In this document: positions 1 through 7,878 of the stretch, piece after piece
How the letters are laid out: every line of letters begins with the position of its first letter
How positions within the stretch are numbered: position 1 is the stretch's first letter
Source: Candidatus Jordarchaeia archaeon
GTDB lineage: Archaea > Asgardarchaeota > Jordiarchaeia > Jordiarchaeales > Jordiarchaeaceae
DNA length: 29,448 nucleotides
Direction: 5' to 3'
Assembly: GCA_029856435.1 (NCBI GenBank)
Contig: JAHQXB010000177.1
Span: 1 to 29,448 of the forward strand
The notes under the pieces: model-generated
What the model saw: the letters and a program-made list of their open reading frames with translations, nothing else
Told to the model about the DNA's origin: nothing
Databases searched by the model: none
Translations under genes and position numbers: made by a program

Positions 1-1
1 T

Positions 2-1588
2 GTTCTCAAATTCCTTCGCTTCCAAATCGATGCTCTGAAAAATTTTTTCTGAAACATTCTGGGAAGCGTTTAGCAAGCTGGCTCTAGAATCATCAAGCAA
101 CGAAAAAACAGCACCCCTCAAACCTCCCAGATAATTATTATGTGTTACAATTTCTGATGATAGGGTATCATGAATATTTTTTTGGATAGTTGTGAATGTT
201 GTATCTATTTCTTGGGTGGTTTTTGTGAGTGTTTCTCTTATTTTATCTTTTAAAGTTAAAGCTGTTTGTGTATTTATGTTGAGTTGCTGTTCTAATGCGT
301 CGACGTAATTTTTTTGGAGGTTTTCGCTAGTGGTTATCAAATTTTGATTTTCGGCATCTAAAATTTTTAGTAATTCTGTTTGAAATTCTCTGTATTCTCT
401 GCTGAGTGCTTTTATGTGCGTGTTTAGGTGTTCATTAACGGATCCATTGACTCTTTCAATGACTGAGAGTGCACGGTTGTATCCCGTGTTTACAAGTTCG
501 GTCAATTTTCCAGATGTCGAGTGAACACTGACTTCTTGTGATTTATACAATTTGTTTAGGGCTTTGCTGGCTAAGAGATGGAAGTTAGAGAGCCTTTTGG
601 CATCGTTTATGGCGTTTTCCAAGATTGACTTCTCAACACTGTCATAGAATAGGTCTAGATTTCCCTCCCTGACTTTTATTATTTCTTGGAAACTCATATT
701 TAGAGAAGGCAGAAATTCCTTCACGTCTGTGGAAAAACTGTTTTGATGCCTATCCAGAACAGAAAATGCCTCGCTTTTTGTTTCACTTGCCAGCTCAACA
801 AATCTTACTGAATCTTTTTCGAGTAATTCGATATTTTTACGCTTCATTTGTTTCTGGCTTTCCAAAAGTGCTTTAGAGTTTTCTGACAACTGTTTCTGTA
901 TGCTTTTATTTAGGGACTGGATACTGCCTATAAAGTGTTTGTAGTTGCTGTTGAGCTTCTCTATGAGGCCTTTTTCTGTTATTTCTTTATCTTTTTCGCT
1001 TTTCCCAATTTGTGTGTCCAGAATGTAGCTTAGATTACTTTCATATTGAGAAATACGGTCATTGAAGATTTCCGACTGTTTTCCAATTGTTTCTGATATC
1101 TCTTTTATTCTATTTTCGGTTTCTCTCTCTAAAGTTTTAGCGGTTTGAATAGAAAATTGCTCAAGGCTTTTGGCTGCTTCAACATTTTCATTTCTAATTT
1201 TGGCAATTTCGGTATCAATTATTGTTTTTACGTCGCTCTTCCAAACATTTAACACGTTTTCAAATTCCTTGAGGGTTTCATTGAACTTTTGGTTTATACT
1301 TTTTCTGAAGTTTTCAGTTTCTTTTCTAAACTTTTCAAGGGTTTCCTCAAGTGGCTTAAAGAGGACAGCTGCAGAATACCTCGCCACTACCCCGGGAATT
1401 TTTTTGATGATTTTACGTTTTTCCAGTTTTTCAAGTAAACTTTCCACCTTATTTATAGGAAATTTGGTGTATACACTTATTTCGCCGGGTGTAAGGGTGC
1501 CGTAAAGTAGAATGGTTCCATATATTTGGGCTTCCTCTTCACTTATCCCTATATACTCTATGACCTTTTGGTTTAATGATGCTGCCAT
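2..1588 (-). CDS. TrmB-family N-terminal winged-HTH protein with a long coiled-coil; 3'-truncated by the window edge (at least 529 aa), absent from the ORF track
   Basis: ATG at 1588 (cat at 1586-1588), preceded by GGTG. Manual translation gives MAASLNQKVIEYIGISEEEAQIYGTILLYGTLTPGEISVYTKFPINKVESLLEKLEKRKIIKKIPG, a TrmB-like HTH, followed by E/K/L-rich heptad sequence. I saw no in-frame stop in the stretches read at either end. Confidence 0.8.
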   Translation of the reverse strand, partial: MAASLNQKVIEYIGISEEEAQIYGTILLYGTLTPGEISVYTKFPINKVESLLEKLEKRKIIKKIPGVVARYSAAVLFKPLEETLEKFRKETENFRKSINQKFNETLKEFENVLNVWKSDVKTIIDTEIAKIRNENVEAAKSLEQFSIQTAKTLERETENRIKEISETIGKQSEIFNDRISQYESNLSYILDTQIGKSEKDKEITEKGLIEKLNSNYKHFIGSIQSLNKSIQKQLSENSKALLESQKQMKRKNIELLEKDSVRFVELASETKSEAFSVLDRHQNSFSTDVKEFLPSLNMSFQEIIKVREGNLDLFYDSVEKSILENAINDAKRLSNFHLLASKALNKLYKSQEVSVHSTSGKLTELVNTGYNRALSVIERVNGSVNEHLNTHIKALSREYREFQTELLKILDAENQNLITTSENLQKNYVDALEQQLNINTQTALTLKDKIRETLTKTTQEIDTTFTTIQKNIHDTLSSEIVTHNNYLGGLRGAVFSLLDDSRASLLNASQNVSEKIFQSIDLEAKEFEN

Positions 1589-1680
1589 CTTCAACACCTT
1601 GTTAAGTGTTTTGTGAACTTGAATGAGGCTTTTAAAAGTTAGTTTATGCTGAAGACATTAAACACGTAAGAATAAGTATT

Positions 1681-2625
1681 TCAGGCTTGTGGTGACTGAC
1701 CGATTTGTTTTATGAGATTGTTAATTTGAGCAAAGATACTGATTATCTTTTTAAATGATAAATCAGATTTCTTCTGGGCTGTGGGGGTCTTTATTTCAAG
1801 AACAAAATTGACAGTGTCGTCTGAAAAATAATGGGAAACATAATCAGTATACTGCAAAAATTTTTGTTCCTGTTCCTTCAAAATCCTCCTAATTTCTTCC
1901 GTTTCCGCATTTTGAGAATTTTTCACGGGTATAGCTACATTCAAATACCACAGGCCATCAAACTCTTCCCTCAACTCCAAATTTAATTTATGCTTTTCCC
2001 CAAAAATATTTATCAAGTCACGTATCATTTCGTTCGACTTTATAATTGTGTCGCGGGGATTGATAATAACTACTTCGTTTGTGAGGTCGAAGTAGTAGAT
2101 TCCTTCGTCCACCAAAGCTAATACGTAATCCTCACCTATAGATATAAGAACGTCTGGGGTAGCTCTCTTAAGTTCTATGAACAGTTCTCTTGAGAGTTTT
2201 TTAATGTCTTTTTCGCGTAGCGGCTCCACTAGTCTTTCGCCCCCTCCCGAGAGAATCTTTATAAATTCCTTTATGGGCAGAGTGGTATCAATAACTTTTG
2301 CTTTAGCGCTGCCCTCCAAAAAGGTATTAACATTACTAATTTGTTGCTCGTAACAGAAGCTTGGCAAATCTTTAGTGTCAACCCCAAATTTAATTAAGAG
2401 ATTTAAAAATTTACGGTTTGGGCACGCAGGGCGAAGCGCACACATCATCCTATTGCTCATGCAGCGCTCGCATACTTCTTCCATAGATTCCAAGAAGGCA
2501 TCTACTAAGAAATCAATATTCGCTTCAATATCACCCACCTTTAAAGCTTTAACCAATTTATCTTTATACTTCTTATATTTTCCCTGCAAAGTTGCTCTAA
2601 CTCTCCTAAATTGTAGTCCAAACAA
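1681..2625 (-). CDS. Hypothetical protein with an N-terminal Cys cluster (possible metal site)
   Basis: 314-aa ORF with natural composition, co-oriented with the TrmB gene. Motif CERCMSNRMMCALRPAC...C. The TTG start is uncertain. Confidence 0.7.
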   Translation of the reverse strand: MFGLQFRRVRATLQGKYKKYKDKLVKALKVGDIEANIDFLVDAFLESMEEVCERCMSNRMMCALRPACPNRKFLNLLIKFGVDTKDLPSFCYEQQISNVNTFLEGSAKAKVIDTTLPIKEFIKILSGGGERLVEPLREKDIKKLSRELFIELKRATPDVLISIGEDYVLALVDEGIYYFDLTNEVVIINPRDTIIKSNEMIRDLINIFGEKHKLNLELREEFDGLWYLNVAIPVKNSQNAETEEIRRILKEQEQKFLQYTDYVSHYFSDDTVNFVLEIKTPTAQKKSDLSFKKIISIFAQINNLIKQIGQSPQA

Positions 2626-3131
2626 ATATGAGTGAAATTAAATATAAACTGTTTGCAAGCAGAAAGCACTCCTTTAATGATCTTCTCTTCAAATTTAGAT
2701 TTTTAACGATAGTTATGATCAGCAAATTTCTGTGGAAGCTTTTTATCTAAATATTTTAACAATACCTCAAATACTAAAAGGCGAGCAACCGTTAAAATCT
2801 TTTGTGCTTTTTCATAGATATTCTTGCAGATAAAAATGGAGAAACTCTCCCGTGCAAATATATGCTCGTTTTTTACTCTCCTTAAGTGGTGACAAAGCTT
2901 TACTCATAAAGGGTTATACTTAGATGGTTTGCCTTCCAGCGACTCCATAACACAATGCATGGGTTTCCTTCTCTTTCAGCTGGGATCCCGAAGGCTGAAA
3001 ACAAGACCATATTACAGTCATTGGTTGCTTAGTTTTGACGTACTTTTCCAGCTTTCTAAACATTTCCCAAATTTTTTGATGGAAGGCTCTAATTGGCGTT
3101 GCTATGGCGAAATTAAAAAATGGTGTGGATT

Positions 3132-4553
3132 TTATTTGTATGCGTATTCAATGCTGACTTCCTTCTTTTCTTTTGGATTTAGAGATAGCAACCAGATGGG
3201 GTGGCCTTCAGTATCTTTTTTGGGGCTGTGTGTAGCATTTATGATTTCTGGTTTTGTGTCTTCTGGAGGTTTATCTTTTACCCATAAGATCACTGGTTCC
3301 GGTCTCGTGTTTTCTACTCTGAATTTTATGACATATTTTTTAGTGTAACCTTCGCTTGTTTCTTTTTCATTGAGTTCCACTTTTTCTTGTTCCTTTTCCA
3401 CAATCAAATCGTTAGTATAGCCTATTCGGATTCTAGCTTCCTCATTTACTGGGGTGAACTCGATTCTTCCTTCACTTGTGAATTGTGCTTTTTCCCAGTA
3501 GACCACAGAGCCGGGGGCCCAAGCTAGGTCCTTTGTGTTTGTTATTTTCAGGAAGAGGGTGGGCTTTGATTCGGATGTGTTCCAGAAATATTCTCTAATC
3601 CCCTCCACTGTTTCTTGTATAATGGGAATCAAGACTGAAGACATTTTTGGGATATTTAGGGGTTCAGAAATATAGTACTTGTACGAAATTAAGTTTTGTT
3701 TTGTTAGTGGGGTCTCAGCTTTATTTGCTTCCTTTATGTTTATCTTTGAAGGGTAAATCTGAGTCTGTGATTCAGGGGCTGTTGCTAACTCCAAGTCAAT
3801 TGAAACATCCTTCCAATCTTCAGTTGTGGGATTTGTGAGAACGCCGAAGCCGTAGAGTATGAATTTGCCATTAAGCTCATGGATGTGGTATATCATGTCC
3901 CATTTTTCCAGCCTTTGCAAATATCTAATAATCAGGCTGTGGTTTTCTTTTCCATCGCTGCCGGGATCCAGTTCCCACCCTATGGTTGCCTTAGCTTTGT
4001 TTGGTGTTTGGCTCTGGCGAATTTTCCTAATAATATTTTTACTTGGGATAATTTGATCAACTTCATTCATAGGCAGTCTGATGATGCTTCCCTCTTCTGT
4101 TAATAAAATGAGTTCATCAGTTCTTTCCACTGAATCATTAGTGATTATTAGGTGGCCGTTGGTCTCTGAGCCTAGAATGCGGCCTGTAATCTCCTCGCCA
4201 TTCTTAGTTACTATTTTTGTTTCTTCGTTTACGGAACCTTTAATGATGCTGGATAGGGCTTTATTGGGGTCTATTTGTAACCCTGCGTCTGTTGCTCCAA
4301 ATCCATCACCGGAAATCTCATACTGTATTTTCTTTACTGCACCGCCATCGAGATCTATAACCATTATTGTTCTTAGCACATTGTTTAGATCGTCTAGGTC
4401 CAAATCCAGTGAATAAAGTATTCCCTCCTTTACGGGTAGAGATCCCTGCCGCTCTACTATTGATACTCCGTTTGAAAAGAGTGTAACATGTTTGACTGGA
4501 ATTCTTTTTGATACATCCATAACTTCTTCCCCCAATATTTTCACTTTTTCCAA
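3132..4553 (-). CDS. DUF4139/DUF4140 domain protein
   Basis: N-terminal IPVKHVTLFSNGVSIVER and C-terminal LKITNTKDLAWAPGSV, EEARIRIG, FRVEN..PEPVILWVKD motifs match the DUF4140-DUF4139 architecture. The true start may be the ATG at 4520. Confidence 0.75.
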   Translation of the reverse strand: MEKVKILGEEVMDVSKRIPVKHVTLFSNGVSIVERQGSLPVKEGILYSLDLDLDDLNNVLRTIMVIDLDGGAVKKIQYEISGDGFGATDAGLQIDPNKALSSIIKGSVNEETKIVTKNGEEITGRILGSETNGHLIITNDSVERTDELILLTEEGSIIRLPMNEVDQIIPSKNIIRKIRQSQTPNKAKATIGWELDPGSDGKENHSLIIRYLQRLEKWDMIYHIHELNGKFILYGFGVLTNPTTEDWKDVSIDLELATAPESQTQIYPSKINIKEANKAETPLTKQNLISYKYYISEPLNIPKMSSVLIPIIQETVEGIREYFWNTSESKPTLFLKITNTKDLAWAPGSVVYWEKAQFTSEGRIEFTPVNEEARIRIGYTNDLIVEKEQEKVELNEKETSEGYTKKYVIKFRVENTRPEPVILWVKDKPPEDTKPEIINATHSPKKDTEGHPIWLLSLNPKEKKEVSIEYAYK

Positions 4554-4848
4554 AGATGGGAGAAGCTAATCATCTGAATAGTATTTGGAACAACGGTGTT
4601 CGTTTCACAGGTATTCAAAAGTAGTTTTTCGTACTTAATTCTGTTTGTAATCTCTTTGTAATATCCACTAAACACAAAAGAAATAGTTTGCCAGAGAAAA
4701 ACACTGTACACCAAATCTTGAATGGAAAATGCAAATTTATATGTTGTAATATGATACAAAAAATTCTAAATAAGTCGTAGAGTGATGTAAATACAGATTC
4801 ATTTTTAAGGTTTCAATTCGTAACTAATTATTTAGAGGATGTGACACA

Positions 4849-5805
4849 ATGGGTGAAAAGCAGTTAGCAATCAGAGAGATACTCGCCAAAATTATTAAGG
4901 ACACCATCCAAGAAAGCGTGGAGCCCCCCATCCGTACCGTTATAAAAAGTATACAAATGATCCGAGACCGACTCAACGAACTTGAAGCTTCGGTAGTAAG
5001 TGTAGTTGCAGACCAAGGCGGAAAAATCGACAAACTCGAAGACGATATCACTGTTCTCTCAGAAACAGTCAAAAAGCTCGAAGGAATGTTGAATAAAGCC
5101 TCAGAATCGCCCAAAATAGATGTAACCCAACAGGAGAAACCAAGCACAGAACCGAATTCCATCAAACCCATCCCCGTAGAAATCCCCAGCAGCACCCAAA
5201 CAAGCCCAGAAACAATCACCGTTACGGAGCCGAAAGAAAAAGCAACAAAAAGAAAAATAACTGAAGAGAAAATAAGAGCATTATTCAGTAAATTAGAACA
5301 AGTTCTACCTTCAACTGAAGAGAAACTAGAATCTAAATCAACAATGGAAGACACCTCAAAATCTGCCACTGAGAGAATCTCCACTCCCGAACTCGAAGAA
5401 TTAGGGGAAACCAAACCAGAGAGAGTGAAAGAAGATGCAGTGGACATATTAACGCAAGCGGTAAAGGAGGAAAAAGCCCCCCCAGTGGTGGCAAGAGGTC
5501 AAGAAACAGAAATCAAATCTGAGGAAGAGATTCCCACCATTCCATTAGCGGAGGGCGAAGAGCTTACAGCCATTGAAGGTTCCGGCTCCGAACCAAGAAC
5601 TTCCCTAGATGATTTAACTGCGGAAATAGGTGAACTCGAAATTAAGAGATCCGATCTAGAAAGAAAACTCGGAGACCTTGCGTTCGACCGTATGCGGGGC
5701 CTAATAACAGAGGAAGAATACAGAACTAAGACTCAGGAACTTAGACAAAACCTTGAAAATATATCCCGAAAAATTGACCAAATTATAAACAAAATGAGAT
5801 ACTAA
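4849..5805 (+). CDS. Hypothetical coiled-coil protein with a P/E/T/S-rich linker and a C-terminal SHOCT-like motif
   Basis: 318-aa ORF with a GAGGA/GGATG ribosome-binding site upstream. N- and C-terminal heptads flank a low-complexity centre. The C-terminus reads DLAFDRMRGLITEEEYRTKTQEL. Confidence 0.75.
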   Translation: MGEKQLAIREILAKIIKDTIQESVEPPIRTVIKSIQMIRDRLNELEASVVSVVADQGGKIDKLEDDITVLSETVKKLEGMLNKASESPKIDVTQQEKPSTEPNSIKPIPVEIPSSTQTSPETITVTEPKEKATKRKITEEKIRALFSKLEQVLPSTEEKLESKSTMEDTSKSATERISTPELEELGETKPERVKEDAVDILTQAVKEEKAPPVVARGQETEIKSEEEIPTIPLAEGEELTAIEGSGSEPRTSLDDLTAEIGELEIKRSDLERKLGDLAFDRMRGLITEEEYRTKTQELRQNLENISRKIDQIINKMRY

Positions 5806-5856
5806 AACTATCCTCAAATTAACTTAATCTGCCCCATCACAACTTGGATCACCTAA

Positions 5857-6174
5857 CCGTTCTGACCCCGCGTTGACCTTTAACTTTGGGTCTTTCTCCC
5901 TCAAGTTTCATGGAGAGGCTTTCTCCCGGGGGAACGGTTGAGGCAGGCACGTCTCTCCTGCCTTCGGTGGGAGGATGTTCCCAGTTGTGGCTCTGTCCTC
6001 ATTGGGCTTTTTCTAACTTCCCGCATTCTGGACTTGGCTGGAGTGGGCTGCACGGCGCATGTATGTGTGGTTGTTTTTAAGAGAATGTTGGATTTAATGG
6101 TTTTTCTTTAACGTTAACTGTTGGAAGTTTCTCAAGTTAACAAACTTTCTAAATAGAAGCAGTTTTAACACCCC
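5857..6174 (-). mobile_element. Non-autonomous element family A, copy 1 (IS607-like; candidate omegaRNA scaffold at about 6053->5857)
   Basis: 318-bp repeat, roughly 80-85% identical by eye to 19598-19918 and sharing the same boundaries (CCGTTCTGACCC ... GCAGTTTTAACACCCC). No TIR, TSD or ORF. The minus strand reads GGGGTGTTAAAAC...GGTCAGAACGG. The repeat is certain; the family and strand are inferred. Confidence 0.7.
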
Positions 6175-6705
6175 TTATCTTTTGGGTATCGGGGGGAAAG
6201 GCTTCCCAATATTTCTTTTAACCTGAAAACTGAAATCAGCGTGATTAAAAAATTGTCGAGTTAAACAATTTCTTGACAGTTTGGTTCATCGGTGCTTGTT
6301 TTTCATTGTCCTTCCCCTTTTACACTTGGGAGAATGCCTTTTCCCATCATTTAGCAGCACCAAAATGGAAATCGGCTTAAATTTAACATTGTCGAGATAT
6401 TAATTTTAGTGGGAGATAAATTAGAACCTATTAACCTCGTCCCTGCATATTTGTATAATTTTACAGTGTTATTTTGGGCTTTTTGACTGTTTCCGCTTAT
6501 ATTTTGAAAACTGCATTATACATCTTTAATAAACATATACGAACAGCTCCCTCCTCACTTGGTAGTATTCAATGTTACTAACTTTAAAGAATCCGCGAAA
6601 AAGTGGATTTAAAGTGAAATTAGTTGATAGAGTTAAAAGTTGCGGCTCCATAGTTATGTTTGGAGGAGTTTTTGGAAGATTTTTAATTTCAGGGTGTTGA
6701 ACTTT

Positions 6706-6882
6706 ATGTCGCAAAAATCGGAAAAGGTTTACAGATGTCCCTTATGTGGATTTAAATTTGGTGAGGAAGATTTGGAGAAGTGTTTTGCATGTCCTCTTGC
6801 AAAAATGTGCAATATGGTTTCGTGTCCTGTTTGCGGCTATGAGTTTCCAAAAATGTCCATAAAAAAGGGTGAGAAACACTGA
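6706..6882 (+). CDS. Small Cys-rich zinc/iron-ribbon protein (58 aa, two CPxCG motifs)
   Basis: ATG at 6706 within track ORF 6640..6882. Sequence CPLCGFKF..CFACPLAKMCNMVSCPVCGYEFP has 7 Cys. Confidence 0.75.
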   Translation: MSQKSEKVYRCPLCGFKFGEEDLEKCFACPLAKMCNMVSCPVCGYEFPKMSIKKGEKH

Positions 6883-6984
6883 TTTGATCTTACTCTTCTT
6901 AGGGATTTAACCTTGGCTCTGTCTCTACACTGAGGGAACCTGATTGACCTTTTAATAAGTGGAAATTCGTTGCTAGTATTTCTT

Positions 6985-7332
6985 TTAAGCTGTTACGTAA
7001 CTCTTTATTGCTGTGTATGCTTCTTCTTTTAATTTTAAGGATTTGCAAATATTACAAATCTCTTCTCCAATGTTGAATTTTTCCTTCTCCCCATTCGTAA
7101 GCTTGAGGGTTATTTCTTGAACGAACTCTTTAATTTCAGGTCTAATTTTCAGAATTCTTTCTGTACCTGCTCTCTTGGATGAAAGGTATTGGCTGATGGC
7201 TGCTTGTGTTACGCCAAGCCACTCAGCGATTTTCATCTGGGTGCAATTGTGCTTTTCTGCGAGTTCCCTGGCAATCATAGCTCTAATGGCGGGAAGATAG
7301 CGTTTATTAACAATTTCACAAGGTGTTTTCAT
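6985..7332 (-). CDS. Stand-alone HTH transcriptional regulator (COG2522-like, resembling the ThiR N-terminal domain)
   Basis: MKTPCEIVNKRYLPAIRAMIARELAEK..TQMKIAEWLGVTQAAISQYLSSKR is the characteristic signature of this archaeal family. Confidence 0.85.
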   Translation of the reverse strand: MKTPCEIVNKRYLPAIRAMIARELAEKHNCTQMKIAEWLGVTQAAISQYLSSKRAGTERILKIRPEIKEFVQEITLKLTNGEKEKFNIGEEICNICKSLKLKEEAYTAIKSYVTA

Positions 7333-7385
7333 TCTGCTCTCACACCTTTTCCCCTGTTGATAACGTAATTATACACATTACACAA

Positions 7386-7427
7386 TTTAAACTTTTCTAT
7401 ACGAAAAGTATAATTTAGCAAGCTAAA
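7386..7427 (-). promoter_or_regulatory. BRE/TATA promoter of the HTH gene overlapped by inverted repeats (candidate operators)
   Basis: The minus strand reads GAAAAG-TTTAAA (7397-7386). A perfect IR ACTTTTC-N5-GAAAAGT (7391-7409) covers the BRE. A second IR, TTTAGC-AA-GCTAAA, lies at 7414-7427. Confidence 0.45.
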
Positions 7428-7566
7428 AACTAGCAAAATAAAAATATCACTTAGCAATATACAAAATTAATTTTGAATTATAAAAATAGACAAAATTTCT
7501 CCAAACTCTCGAGGAAACACACTGAAATTTATTTCTAACCCTGGCTTCTGGATCCAGCGTGCAATA

Positions 7567-7753
7567 TCATATGTTTAGGCAGCACTCCTGTTTGTAGGGG
7601 TCTGTTTTTGTGGCTGGCTTTGAGAGAAACCATCTCCCCATCTTTTTTAAGACCTTTGTGTGGAAAAATGGAGGTGGGAAGGGATGCGGAGGCAGGCTAA
7701 AGGCAAGGTCACCACAAAAATTCAGATCCCCGGAGTGGTGTTTAAACATATGG
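7567..7753. mobile_element. MITE family B, copy 1 (187 bp, ~22-bp imperfect TIR, 7-bp TSD TGCAATA)
   Basis: Left end TCATATGTTTAGGCAGCACTCC; reverse complement of the right end CCATATGTTTAAACACCACTCC. TGCAATA sits at 7560-7566 and 7754-7760. Near-identical to 17374-17556. Confidence 0.9.
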
Positions 7754-7780
7754 TGCAATACTCTCCATTGTCAAAGAGGG

Positions 7781-7878
7781 GCTCTAAGTAGAACTTATTT
7801 CCATTTGAGACGGACTATTGGGCCGCTCACTGGGAATTGCCCAGCCTAGCTCTAGTAGAACTTATTTCCATTTGAGAC
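7781..7878 (+). CRISPR. Orphan single-spacer CRISPR-like mini-array (no cas genes in the window)
   Basis: Repeat GCTCT(A)AGTAGAACTTATTTCCATTTGAGAC at 7781-7811 (31 bp) and 7849-7878 (30 bp). Spacer of 37 bp at 7812-7848. The repeat resembles archaeal GTTTC.GTAGAAC...TTGAAAC types. Only two repeats are present. Confidence 0.45.

Noticed and set aside
1170-1505. Track ORF 1170..1505 (+) and the many other short ORFs antisense to or nested in long genes (e.g. 2375..2635, 3647..4416, 4824..5447, 8042..8758, 9363..9961, 14472..14951, 15156..16010, 17630..18586, 23991..25833, 26111..27224)
   Set aside because: They are shadow frames of well-supported genes on the opposite strand or in another frame. 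Their composition is biased (S/F/L- or R/H/T-rich) and they show no family motifs.
2931-3087. 8-bp inverted repeat GCCTTCCA/TGGAAGGC enclosing a CAGCTGGGATCCCGAAGGCTG hairpin, considered as a MITE, SECIS or riboswitch
   Set aside because: The IR is too short, there is no TSD or second copy, no Sec-type in-frame TGA was seen in neighbouring genes, and no riboswitch consensus matches.
6016-6030. Minus-strand GAATGCGGGAAG in element A resembling the group I intron P element
   Set aside because: No Q, R or S elements or terminal G were found, and all copies are intergenic, so an IStron or intron is not supported.
6930-6949. CTGAGGGAACCTGAT resembling TPP-riboswitch motifs
   Set aside because: The P2/P3 region between CUGAG and ACCUGAU and the downstream GCGxAGGGA are missing. 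It lies between convergent 3' ends with no gene to control.
7567-7849. ORFs 7567..7758 and 7610..7849
   Set aside because: They lie within MITE B1 and the CRISPR-like repeats, and indels in copy B2 do not preserve the frames.
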